Below are positions 23,220 through 35,430 of a stretch of 46,316 nucleotides of DNA, piece by piece. Source of the stretch: Veleropilina oligotropha (taxonomy: Eukaryota); the NCBI GenBank assembly GCA_048128005.1, contig JBEUKZ010000020.1, positions 62,001 to 108,316 on the forward strand. Reading direction: 5' to 3'. The notes beneath the pieces were generated by a model that worked only from the letters and a program-made list of their open reading frames with translations, searched no databases and had not been told where the DNA came from. Within the stretch, counting starts at the first letter, position 1, and each line of letters starts with the position of its first letter. Position numbers and translations under genes: made by a program.

Positions 23220-23930
23220 CTTCGCTTAAAATATGCATAGAAATTGTAGTGCCACGGACGCAGGAGCGAAACTTCATTTCTAGCCACATTTTAAGCTATG
23301 GTTACCGGCCTATAACGTTCTGGTTCATAACGATTCGGAGAATACCGGAGGTTACCGATATTTGAGTGCTCGTTTCTAGGCAGCACTTACAACATATTAG
23401 AGAAGTCATTTTTAGACATTTAAAAACAAAAGGGGGTAACCATAATGATAATCTGATAATAGGCAGATAGACAGTGGACTACGAGATAAAGTGCAAGCTA
23501 ACATAATTAAACCATATATCTATTATCTAATACTACATATCACTACATTTTCATTATCTATTGGCCTACATGTGTCAGTATGTTTACCCCAGTTTACCAG
23601 CGAACCGTCCCGTTCAGTGTTTCAATGAGCAAAAAATCCACTTTCAAGTTGAATCACGACATTCTTGCCTGAATTCGTTTTCTCTTATAAATCTAATATC
23701 CACATACACTCTGCTCGCATAGTCATAGTCTAGTCGTAGTCTATAAGACTGGGGTCGTCGTTTCGTATCTCTTTGCCTGGAGAGTGATCCACATAATCAC
23801 CAAAAGTAGTTTTATTAGTTTGATTTTGGGAGCAAGAAATATTTTAATTACAGGTCACGCTTTAATATCCAATATCAGGGTAGATTTAGATAAGCGTCCT
23901 TTCATTCAACGTTACGACATTGAAAACTAA

Positions 23931-23962
23931 TGCGCTGCGCATTCACTTCCGGAAAAATGGCT
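23931..23962 (+). promoter_or_regulatory. Housekeeping-type promoter motifs (NRF1-like, ETS, YY1-like) abutting the ATG
   Basis: tgcgctgcgca, cacttccgg, aaaatggc in series. Confidence 0.45.
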
Positions 23963-24010
23963 GATGATTTGCAAACGAATTTGGCGTCCTACAAATCGCA
24001 GTTGCAGCAG
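23957..24010 (+). pseudogene. SMNDC1: Isolated first coding exon of an SMNDC1/SPF30-like splicing factor
   Basis: MADDLQTNLASYKSQLQQ|gttatt resembles the SMNDC1 N-terminus (vertebrate MSEDLAKQLASYKAQLQQV, from memory); no downstream SMNDC1 exons recognised in the window. Confidence 0.7.
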
Positions 24011-24167
24011 GTTATTATCTCTCGATATTTCGTTTACATTTCGTATCATATGTGACATATTGTTATTGCTTCGTCATGTATACATTGAATAATGATAGTA
24101 ACAGTATAATATGTCGTAGGTGCTACCTAGAAACGAGCACTCAGATATGGCATATATATTATATGCA

Positions 24168-25523
24168 CAGGGACTCGTAACACTAACAGTCGCCGCTCTC
24201 CGGTAGCCATCTTATATATAAATAATAAAGGGAAGTAATGCACCAAAATGCATGCCTCGGTGGATAAACAGCTGTACCGTCCCGCTATCCCGAAATGGCA
24301 ATATTTATATCAACCTTCGTCAAGACATGGCTATTCTTTTATTTCGTATATGTTATGATAGCAACAGATAAGCGAAACACTTTATTTTGACATTTATATA
24401 CGGAATATTACCCAAAACGGTACCTCGACCTCCTATCCGTCCGCCTAAATTGGGATTAAATTGAAAAATATCTGGCCCAGACAAACTGTCAACCAGTACA
24501 ATCGCATAGAATCAATGAACATACCTTTAGTTAAATATCTTAATCAATAATTCCAAAATATATCCATCCTACAGGCTGAAGGTGGCGAATTTCGAAAATT
24601 ACCGTGACCCAGTTATCTCGAAACCACCATTTTGTGTTTTGATCAATTCATATACTGCACCAAATAACGCCACCGAAGTTTTATAAAAGCTACGATATCA
24701 TTGGCCAATAAGATTTCCCTATATCCAATAAACAACGACCAAAGAGTTAGATACCGCCCACATATGAATCGTGTTTTCATTCGTGCTTTTCCGTAATTAT
24801 TTCACATCCCGAAAAAGGACGAACTATTTTAATCATTTCCGATGATGAACGACAGTTGTCTGCAATGTTTAAATAATGTTGAATCAATTTAAAACTCGTT
24901 AAGTTTATATCGTGTAAATTGTTTTAATTAAGATATGTCATAATATTCAGATTTCCTGTAAGAATTAATTTTAAAAGAGGAAATTGTAAAAATCATTTTC
25001 GACCAATAATATTCCGTTATTTCCAGCGTTCGCATTTCAATGGCGTTTCTGTAAACACGGCGATAACCAGCCTCGAAAGAGCCTCCAATTTTGAAATCGT
25101 TCTTCAAACAGTGTGTTGGTGTGATATATTATGGAATTATTGATTAATATATATTTAACTAAAGGTATGTTCATTGATTCTATGCGATTGTACTGGTTGA
25201 CAGTTTGTCTGGGCCAGATATTTTTCAATTTAATCCCAATTTAGGCGGACGGATAGGAGGTCGAGGTACCGTTTTGGGTAATATTCCGTATATAAATGTC
25301 AAAATAAAGTGTTTCGCTTATCTGTTGCTATCATAACATATACGAAATAAAAGAATAGCCATGTCTTGACGCAGGTTGATATAAATATTGCCATTTCGGG
25401 ATAGCGGGACGGTACAGCTGTTTATCCACCGAGGCATGCATTTTGGTGCATTACTTCCCTTTATTATTTATATATAAGATGGCTACCGGCCGCTCTTCGA
25501 GCGGCGACTGTTACGAGTCCCTG
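24168..25523. mobile_element. Foldback-like non-autonomous DNA transposon with ~400-bp TIRs
   Basis: 24168-~24563 is a near-exact reverse complement of ~25123-25523; termini CAGGGACTCGTAAC / GTTACGAGTCCCTG; no clear TSD. Confidence 0.9.
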
Positions 25524-25544
25524 CGTATATATGATACATATATA

Positions 25545-27005
25545 CATAGGTTGCAGACACGTGATCACCGAGTCGTCCGCCATCACGGAAGGCAAACACT
25601 CTTAGCAGTCAATCAAATGAATACTGGTCAATACTAAAATATCTGTAGAAATCAACAAAATACGTGTGAAGGAGCATTCAGTTACTTTTTTGAATATTCA
25701 CGAGTTGCTGTTCTTACAAGAAGTTGTTACGTTTGATATCGCAACCGCAGAAAAACAAATGCGGCGAATAAAGTAAATATTCATGTAATAAGCTACTCCT
25801 ACTGTTACTGACTTTAATTAATTAGTTCCTACATTTGATGCATATCATTACATAAATTGTCAATAAATTATCGTATGTATATTACTAAATTTAGTAAGCC
25901 TATTATAGTATGTAATTTTTGTCTTTTTACGGATTAATTGAATGTTTCCCCGACTTGAAAGCCAAAGTGCGCATGCATCTCACGTCGTTCTTTAGTACCC
26001 CGCTGCAGTGCTAATTGTTATTTTCAATGGTTATTGTCCTGTTGATAATCCAATTGAGACCACAGGATGTCATTGCCAAGCTGATAAATAGGTAACATTT
26101 TATTTGTGCGGCAGACCTATTGTTTCTTGTAAACACATCTAGGCTACAAAACCATTTGACTGAAATAACCAGCTTGCGCAATTTGAACGTTCCGCAATAA
26201 AATATAGTTCTTGATCTAATGTGTCTTTCAAAGTTTATAAAATTACTACAAAAATTTTCTGTAAACCTACACTTCCAATGGTAACACATTAAAGCTTTTT
26301 TTTTTTTTAAAGAATACGAAGCTTAACGTGTCGCACATGTTTGGAAAATCCACAGCTGTATCACTGCGCGTATGAGTTTGTTCCCTAGCAGTCGCCATGT
26401 GCACAGACCCGAGGCATGTACGAAATAAATTAAAAGCTCGAATTTTAGATTAAAATAATATATAAATACCGAAATACACTCGGAATGCGAAAATTGCTTT
26501 CACTTTACAATGGACACCATTTCCGATAAAAGGGACTAACGTGGGCGCTTACGTTTACGTTTTAAAACAATATGAATCAATGTATCAAACTTTGATGGCG
26601 GTCTGATTTTATTTCAATTCGATGGATGTTCAACGATATTGTTACCGTCGAATAAAAAACACAAAAGGTATTTATAAGGCTAATTGTAAGATTATAATGA
26701 AATTTTAGCTATGGCTAGGCTTAATTAATAGCCTAAAAATTGGACCAGTTATTTAATTTAAATGACGAAGGCTCTGCTGTTGTATGAACTAAACCAAATC
26801 GAACCCAAACGACAAATGTCAATATATATTTAATATATTGAAAGTACGGTCAAAACTCTTCCGTGAATGTCTATCTTTATCATTTATTTTCACATAATTG
26901 AATCGATTTATACTGTAATCTTATATCCCTCGTGTTATTCCTTTCCTTGCGCAATGGCGCCGCGCACATAATTATGGGACTGTGTGACGTCATCTACAAC
27001 CTATG
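25545..27005. mobile_element. TIR element with CATAGGTTGCAGA termini (copy 1)
   Basis: cataggttgcaga ... tctacaacctatg, flanked by TA on both sides. Confidence 0.65.
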
Positions 27006-27801
27006 TATTGGGTATGTCGTTCAAGAATATAGATAGGGTACTTAATTGAAATGTCCATTCCTGTTGCATTCTTGGACCATCAAGGCGAAATTATAAGAAA
27101 AGTTGCTCTTAGTTTGGTGTATATGGTAGATTATGAATGTCTATGGCTATTGTAAAAGCGATCCGTTCGATATACTTTGCCATTACTATTTATCCACCTG
27201 TCTCGGTGCTATAATTGTAATCTACAGGCACCGATGGCGCTGGCCACTAGCGTGAACTTAATTTAACAAGTTTGCTGATTGTAAACGAATAGTGTTTTGA
27301 ACCCTCTATATCATAGAATTAATGGTTTGTTCTGTAATGTACTAATGTTATGATTTTTTTAACAACGTGTAGGTGCGCATAATACAAACAATACAATATT
27401 ACTATTGAATACTATTTGTAGTAATTTCATTTTCTCTTGTAGGTTATTTGGAACGAATCGGCTACTGAACGTTGGGAACAGTGTCTTTCAGACAAAGCAT
27501 TTTGCTATTGAAACATGAAGATAAATTATCGCATTTTCCTCAGAAACATGTAAATACGTATCATTCAAATTACACCATATTTTACATATTTTATGTGCGG
27601 TGTGAGATAAAATAATGAACGACGCGAAGAGGCGCCATCGTCATACGCGGACCGATGAGTAAGATACTAGCAACCGTCTTCAATGTAGAGTGTGCACAAG
27701 CAAATTTCGAATGCCAAGTCAGCTCCAATAGCACCTGAGCATGCGCACTGACGAAAAATCAAACCAGGGTGGCTAGTGCGACAAGACATTTGCAGGTTAA
27801 G

Positions 27802-28857
27802 ATGCACATGTTCGTTCATATAGGAAATATGCGACATATTTGCCTTGTGTGTAATCGGACATTTTCGCGAGCAAGTCATCTGAAGAGCCACACGCTAGTC
27901 CATACTGGAGAGAAACCACATCAATGTACTGTGTGCAATCAGACATTTTCTCGAGCAGATAATCGGAAGAGACACACACAAAACCACACTGGGGAGAAAC
28001 CGTATACATGTGGTATGTGTAATCAGACATTTTCGCAAGCAACTCATCTGAAGGCGCACATACGAGTTCACACTGGGGAGAAACCGTATAAATGTGCTGT
28101 GTGCTATAAGACATTCTCGCATTTAAGTACTCTGAAGAGCCACACGTTAGTCCATACTAAGGAGAAGCCACACAGATGATTTGCATGCGATAAAACATTT
28201 TCAGTCGCCGGTACTTTAAAGGAGCAAATACGAATCCATACTGGAGAAAAAACATATAAATGTGGTATGTGTAATCAGACATTTTCGCAAGCAAGTCATC
28301 TGAAGAGACACATGGCAATTCTTACTGCAGGAAAATCACATCAATGCACTGTTTGTGATCAGACATTTTCGCAAGCAAGTTATCTGAAGGCGCACATACG
28401 AGGTCACACTGGGGAGAAACCGTATAAATGTGCTGTGTGCGATAGGACATTTTCACATTCAGGTATTCTGAAGAACCATATGTTAGTCCATACTAAGGAG
28501 AAGCCACACCAATGCGCTCTTTGTGATGAAACATTTTCACCGGCAAGTACTCTGAAACAGCATATGCGAATCCATACTGGGGAGAAACCATATAAATGTA
28601 TTGAGTGCATGCAGACGTTTTCGAATGCGTCTAATCGGAAGACGCACATGCTCATCCATTCCAAGGAGAAGCCACACCAATGCGTTGTGTGTGATAAAAC
28701 GTGTTCACGATCAGGTACTCTGAAGGCGCACATTCGAATCCACACTGGGGAGAAACCTTATAAATGTGTTAAGTGTATGCAGACGTTTTCGCATGCGTGT
28801 AATCTGAAGAAGCACATGCGAAGCCATGCAGGGGAGAAACCGGATAAATGTGTTTAG
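27802..28857 (+). pseudogene. C2H2 zinc-finger gene, copy 1, disrupted
   Basis: 12 finger units with TGEKP linkers; TGA at 28177-28179 replaces a Cys (TGC in copy 2); His>Gln in finger 5 and His>Leu in finger 6. Confidence 0.9.
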
Positions 28858-29177
28858 TGCATACAGACATTTTCGCGTGCATTTAGTTTGAAGCAACACA
28901 TGTAAATTGATTCTAAAGAAAAGAAAGAAAAAATAATATGTTGAGCTTAATCAGACAGTTTACAAGAAGGTCAAGAGACAATTTAGTTGCACATTATCCG
29001 AACACTGTGCAAAACGTGATTAATATTATACAAGACATATTTCATAGATAATGGGAAACGGATAGTTAAGTATATATTATAATACATTATGCCGTTTATT
29101 ATGTCTCCCCAAGGATGGGAGAGACATTGTTTTGCACTCCGTTCTCCTCTTTCGCCTCCTTCTTCCTCACTGTTCTT

Positions 29178-29495
29178 GTTAGGAAGGGACCCAGGTTCGA
29201 GTACTGGTGAGGGTACGAATTTTTCATTGATATATTAAATTCATATTTACTTGATTATCTATTGAGAACGATCAAGATATCGTTGCCAGTGCGTTAACAA
29301 CATATGATTTGTTAAAACAAAGCCAAGTTAAGCATTCATATAATTATCGAAATAAATACATACATGCCAGAGCCGATCGATCACATATATCAATATCTAA
29401 TCCGTGCTAATTCATCAGGTATCATTGTAGCTTAGTGGTCATGGCACTTCCACGGTTAGGAAGGGACCCAGGTTCGAGTCCTGGTGAGGGTACGA
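29178..29495 (+). mobile_element. tRNA-like element with 41-bp terminal direct repeat (copy 1)
   Basis: gttaggaagggacccaggttcgagt(a/c)ctggtgagggtacga at 29178-29218 and 29455-29495; cloverleaf-like sequence at 29418-29495. Confidence 0.6.
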
Positions 29496-32034
29496 CCATT
29501 GACCTAGACACAGTGACCTCTGGACTTCTAAACATTGTCCTTTATTAACTTGTCCAGACTACTCCTCCCAACCTGCTTGGAATATTCCATTGACACTTGG
29601 TATACATGATAACCACATCATGTAATTGTTCACCTGTGACAAATTTTCCCAGAATAACCTTTGACCTTGCTGTAGAGTCCTTTGAGCCCAAAACGTTGTC
29701 CAGACTATTCATCCCAAATTGCTGAGGAGATTTCATCGACATGCATACATGTGGAATAAATTATTCATGGTTTCAGGAATCACTTAGATAATGAATAGTA
29801 AATATAGATTTACTTACTTTGAAACTCCCGGCCGTCTACACATCGATTCCCCGGCCACGTAGAGCGCAACGTCATAAACGGTCATTACGTGACTAAGGTC
29901 CGCAGTAGACGGACCGAAACGTCTTAATCGTTTCACAATTTTTTGTTTCAAAGTAAGTGATCACTGCACCTGCGACAAATTATCCCTGATTCCCGTTAAA
30001 TGTCCGTTATTAATATATCTAGATTACTCCTCCCAACATGCAGAGCAGATTTTATCTACACTTGGTATACATGACCACTATAAGTTGTTGGCATTTCCAT
30101 AGGTGATTATTGATCTATATGTGCGAATTTGTTAACCGAGACAAAAGTCGAGGTTAATAAATTCACATAAGTGGTACATACAGACTCATATTTCACCAGG
30201 GGTAGGCTGACAATGAATTTATCTTACTTTTATATAAAAAAATCATGTTTTTTTAACAAGTTTCTTTTCCAACTTCATTGCTCCGTGAAGGAACACCGTT
30301 TAATCATATTTTCCAGATTTATTGCTCTCAAACCGCATCCCTAAAATCATGTTGTAACATCTCTCGTAGATTACATGTAAATCTTCATGTTTGATCCAAA
30401 ATATTTCTTCTGTTATTTTAAAAAAAATTTGCAGAACTGATATGAGTATTGGAAAATAATCATAGTAAGTTGATGTTAATTAATTTATATGCAAATCATT
30501 TGTATATTAAGTATATTTTGTATATTAAGCAAATGTTTAAATGATTGATTATGCTCAAACTTATTGTTTATCTAGTTAATTAATCTTGTATAATGTTTTA
30601 ATAACTCTGTCTATGCTGTGTACGTTCCGTACTGGGAGAGAAGACTTACATAGGCTTGTCCTGTTGTCCAATCGTCGCACACGATTCTTGTACTCATACA
30701 GCCATGTATTTGATACATCTGTGCATTTATTAACACTTTGTCAAATGTATTGTCTGTATGTATATATTGTGATTCAATAAAATATTGTTTAATCGAAAGT
30801 ATATTTTGAAGATATTCTGACGCGCTCACTAGAATGCATTGATAATGCATAGCAGCAATCGTCACTCTCCAGGTATAGAAATTAAGAATAAGAATACTCT
30901 GCACATGTACAGTAACAAAATGACATCTCTGCGCAGGAGAATGATCAACAGTAGTGATAAATATCAATATTAAATAAGTAAGAATAAATGAATCGTTTAA
31001 TTTACATGAAAATGTCCAAAAGTATAAACGGTTTTAAATATAAAGTTAAATTATTAGAGGCAAACATTTCGAAAGGACTTTTACCTTGCTGTAGTAGCCT
31101 CTGACAGCTAAACAGTGCCTGTTATTGAATTGTCCGCTATTCCTGTCAACCTGCTGAGCAGATTTCATCGTCCCCTGACGTTTTTGATCACTACATCATG
31201 TAGTTATGCACCTGTGAAACACCGTATTCTTAAATGATTGGCTGGCTCCTTTTGCGATGCGTAATTATAACGTACTAGTTAAACTTCAATTAACAATCTC
31301 GGTCATATTGATTTACTCAGAATCCCCTGATATTTACTAGGACAAAACAACATTCAATTAAAACTTTGCGATTATCCAACATTCAATCGTGTTGTCAGTT
31401 TTGTCATATAGACAATGGCTTTGACCTCATATGGACAATGATGCTGAATTTGGAAGGTCACTTTGGAAAACCCGTAAATACGCAGTTGTCTACATGCAAA
31501 CCTAGATTCTCTGCAAGGCCTCATATATTAAGTTACACGTAATGGAGCAAGGGCTATCTGACATTTACAAGCATTAAGTCACCACAGAATATGAATTGTG
31601 AATTAAACATTTAAATGTATCCATACGTCAGATCCACTTAGTTAAAATAACCCCATAATTAATTAGTTACCCAATAGGTTAACACCCTCATTACTGCATG
31701 TATGTTGAACGCTGTTTGGCATAATATGCAGAACGAACAAAATAAATGCATATAATTATAAATTATAAATATCAAAGATACAAAATGTGCACCACTGACA
31801 CTCACAGTGATGAGGATATGATAAAAATACAAACATCTATCCTTAAAGCTAAATCAAGAAAACTATTGTGTTGTCACCTGAATTATGCCCAGTATTGAGA
31901 TATATTATACACCAAAATTAAAACCGTCCCTCATCAGGGTATACGTAGGGGGGTTGGAATGGCCAGTCAAATTGATTGTGAGGGCAATGTAATATGCATA
32001 TGCTAAAATATACGTAAAGTCATACATATTCCAT

Positions 32035-32405
32035 TTTAACCTTCGCCCACGTAGTGGTGGGATAAAGTATTGCAATCGGGTCGGTTTGTCTGTGTGTGTC
32101 TGTCTGTCCGCGACCATATCTCATATATGGGTCAATTGGAAATGCACTCTGTGCGAGGTAATTAAACGCGCACCACGTTTAATTATTTTAAATATTCAGT
32201 AGCGATTAATTTAAACGGTAGAAAATTACTGACGAAAGTGGATCGAGTGTTGAAAATTCCTAACTTTTTATGTTATAAACAACAAGGGTAATGCGATTAG
32301 TTTTATTTAAAAAAAGAAAGATCGCATTTACGGGAAATAGTCTCGTTAAGTATAGACAGTTTAACGGCGTGTCAGATCGGCTTCCAGGGTTCTACAAATA
32401 CTAGT
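32035..32405. mobile_element. HINE/DINE-1-like element (second copy at ~42505-42890)
   Basis: ttttaaccttcgcccac..gtggg hairpin, (gtct/gt)n microsatellite, ends tactagt. Confidence 0.5.
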
Positions 32406-32420
32406 AGTTCTCAAAGTGTT

Positions 32421-32540
32421 TGGGATAAACTACTGGATAGCATTGAATAGTTCAGAGAAAACACTCCTGTCGAGGGCCGTGATGCCCGAGACAGGAGTGT
32501 TTTCCCTAAACTATTCAACACTATCCAGTAGTTTATGTCA
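32421..32540. repeat. Palindromic foldback (second copy at 42930-43049)
   Basis: ataaactactggatag...aaacactcctgtcgagggccgtgatgcccgagacaggagtgttt...ctatccagtagtttat. Confidence 0.85.
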
Positions 32541-33052
32541 CTTAAAACATATCACCATTGAACAATAGCCTCATTCCCTACCAGGTATATCTATTGTAGT
32601 TAATTGGAGTGGATTAGTTAAATGGAAGTCTTAATTGCCGTTGATTAGTTGAATGCTTTTAAACTATTCAACGGCTGGGCCAACAATCTTTGTTCTTCGA
32701 TTGAATAGGCAGAATAAACAACTGCCCAGAACAATAGATGACGTCACAGAAATGTTTTAAAATGTATGAAAGGGTAGCTGATGAGTAATGTTTGGTTTCA
32801 TGTTTCATTTTTTGCTTTGATATGAAAAAGTGAACGCCATGTTGCAACTGGTTTAGGCGTGAAATATCGATTTGTAATACCCAAGAATCTTCGCATATTC
32901 AATAGCCTTAAGATAAACAAAATGTTCGCCAATAACATAAACTACCCATATCTGTTATACTGCCAGATATCTCCGTTTTCTTTTGTTCGTCGTCCAACTC
33001 CATCAAACATGTGGGGTCTTTGAGGCTATTCATGCCCTCGTGCCATCATTCA

Positions 33053-33240
33053 TGCTTCAGGGCAGGCAAGTTGACGACCGACATGCTCTTCTCTTCCGCC
33101 AGCGCTAAGAGAAGAATAGAGAACAAGGCCAGTCGCCATATGTGATGCTTTTTCGACCTTGGCAGCAGAAAAGGCTTATCAGAACTCCTCAGGAAGATGG
33201 GCAGACCGTTCCATATGCGATGCCTCAAAGGGCATCATCG
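33053..33240 (+). mobile_element. Degenerate RTE-clade LINE RT fragment (second copy at ~45364-45550)
   Basis: CFRAGKLTTDMLFS, REQG, FDLVSRKGLSELLRKMG motifs across frameshifts. Confidence 0.7.
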
Positions 33241-33258
33241 GTGTGGGTCACGAGGACT

Positions 33259-34270
33259 GCATCATATAGAGCGGCGGGCCTTGTTCTCTAAAATATTCTC
33301 CTGGAGCTGGAAGAGGGGGGATCAAGTCAGTCGTAGACACGCCCGCCTTAAAATAGCACTGGGACGGTCCATAAGCAGCTGCATTATATTGAGGAGGACG
33401 CGGGCATACACTTTGCCAACGATGCTCAGGAGGGATATTCCTCTGTAGTTGTTGAAGTCGTTGCGATCGCCATTGCTCGTCACGATGCATGGTGGCGTTT
33501 CGTTTTGGGGGACTGCTCCTTTATCCCAGCAGAGACGGAGAAGACATTGAAGCATGGCTGTTTTTTCATGCTTAGTTGCCTCAGATGGGATGTTGTCGCT
33601 GTATGAAGCATTTTCCGTTAGGGTGGCGTCGATGACAACGATCGCCTCTTTCAGTGATAGACTCTGGGTAGACGAGGTCCATGAGCAGCTGCAATATATT
33701 GAGGAGGACGCGGGCATACACTTTGCCAACGATGCTCAGGAGGGATATTCCTCAGTAGTTGTTGAAGTCGTTGCGATCGCCATTGCTCGTCACGATGGTG
33801 GCGTTTCGTTTTGGGGGACTGCTCCTTTATCCCAGCAGAGACGGAGAAGACATTGAAGCATGGCTGTTTTTTCATGCTTCGTGGCCTCGTCTCTTTCAGT
33901 GATAGTACCTCATCTGGATCCTCAGTGATGGGCAATTATTTTGTGATGCTAAGGGAGGCGTCGAAGATCAACGTGTTACGAGAATATAGTAACTCGTCTG
34001 GTCATCTGTTTCTCGCGATCGGTGATCTCTTCTCCATTCAGATATTTGAGAGTGGGTCGAAACCTTACACGACACGGAAGGCCCTTGGCTATCGCATTGC
34101 AATAGTACATGCCGCAAATGCTGCTATAATATGCACTTCGCTATGTTCCTTAGAATAGTTGCTGCCGGTATTCGTTGGCACACTGTCTTGCGAGGCGTTG
34201 TGAGCTTATTCGGGCACTTCTGAGCGATACAAGTGTCCTCTGATTTGGATTCCTCTTGTGCGGCAACCCG
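33259..34270 (-). mobile_element. Degenerate RTE-clade LINE fragment with an internal ~200-bp duplication
   Basis: LRLCWDKGAVPQ, NGDRNDFNNYRGISLLSIVGKVYARVLL, FKAGVSTTDL; ~33366-33573 is repeated at ~33676-33879. Confidence 0.8.
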
Positions 34271-34431
34271 GGCTTCCCACGTGATCTCATACGGGATTCC
34301 CATGTGATATCATACGGGATTCCCATGTGATCTCATACGGGATTCCCATGTGATCTCATACGGGATTCCCATGTGATCTCATACGGGCTTCCCATGTGAT
34401 CGCATATCCGGGCTTTCCATGTGATCCCATA
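34268..34431. repeat. 23-bp minisatellite, ~7 copies
   Basis: cgggattcccatgtgatctcata. Confidence 0.9.
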
Positions 34432-35430
34432 TGCTGGTTCCGTCCTTGAAAGGTACGCGTTGAACCAGACCTTGCTGGACGAATGCAATGTATATGGTAC
34501 ATTTAAGTACCTCTTCTTACTGGTACCAGCGTTCGAAGATTCCACAAACTGTCGATATCATTGATACATATACTGTAACAAAAGGGGATTTGTGGCTATT
34601 GTGATGTCAAATGAATGCTGGCATAATGCAGAATGATATAAAATTATTTACTCATGCATATAAGGTGCTACGTACTCTTATTTTATATAAGGTGTTACGT
34701 ACTCTTATTTTATATTCTTAACTACAAGCTGAAATATTTTAGTCATTTCCGCATTACGATGAGAAAAAGTGAGGTAATATCGCTATTCAACCCTAGTTAC
34801 GGCAAGCAATAATCCATTAAATGTCATATGAACATTTTATGATAATTATAAGATGACTTGTTATAATTATAATTCAAAATATAGGGCGTGATCTCATGCA
34901 AATTGCGGTATAACTAAATTGTTTCAAAATAAATTTGTATTGTTACACTAAATATTTTTCATTGGTCGAATGGCCGTCTCGTCGAACATTGGGATGGAAA
35001 GTTTTGGGTGAGTGCGTCTAATTACTTCGGCGAAGTGATTTCGTACCGAAATGTCCGTCATTCTGGTGATCGCCGCACAAAGAAAGATGGCCGTGATTAC
35101 TTTTTGGGACGGTTAACACGATTGATTATTGGTAAGAATTAAATGACAAGGCGGTATTGATCATAGTTGTTTCTTTTGTTAGAATGATTACATGATCATA
35201 TCGTAGTGATTTCGTGTTTCTATGCGCTGTTCGTGACCGTTTGCTAGCGTATTCAATATAATGCGTAGGTGTTTGAGCATTGTTCTGTAACGGCTAATAC
35301 GTCCCATTGTCATTTCGGCGAATCTTAAAACTTCCATACTGTCATTTCGGCACACCTTAAAAACGTTAGTAGAAACTACCAAATGCTTTTGATAGTATTA
35401 TACTATATTTGGTTATGATTACTCATAATA

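Larger units (their letters stand above)
23358..24148. mobile_element. TIR element carrying a captured host promoter and exon (Pack-TIR-like)
   Basis: 42-bp inverted repeats 23358-23399 and 24107-24148 (4 mismatches) enclosing an SMNDC1-like exon 1. Confidence 0.7.
25545..33314 (+). repeat. Segmental duplication, copy 1 (7.8 kb)
   Basis: Colinear and highly similar to 35431-45625, from cataggttgcagacacgtg to ctcctggagctggaaga. Confidence 0.95.

Noticed and set aside
29418..29495. Functional tRNA-Thr(GGT) gene
   Set aside because: Anticodon loop lacks U33 and purine 37, acceptor stem is imperfect, and it lies within a repeat unit.
29545..31220. Small ORFs and an exon-like segment conserved in both duplication copies
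   Set aside because: Conservation reflects the recent duplication; the sequence is diverged HINE-type internal repeat with stops.
34333..34580. 70-aa minus-strand ORF with an upstream acceptor-like site
   Set aside because: No recognisable domain, an upstream in-frame stop, and half of it is a 23-bp repeat.
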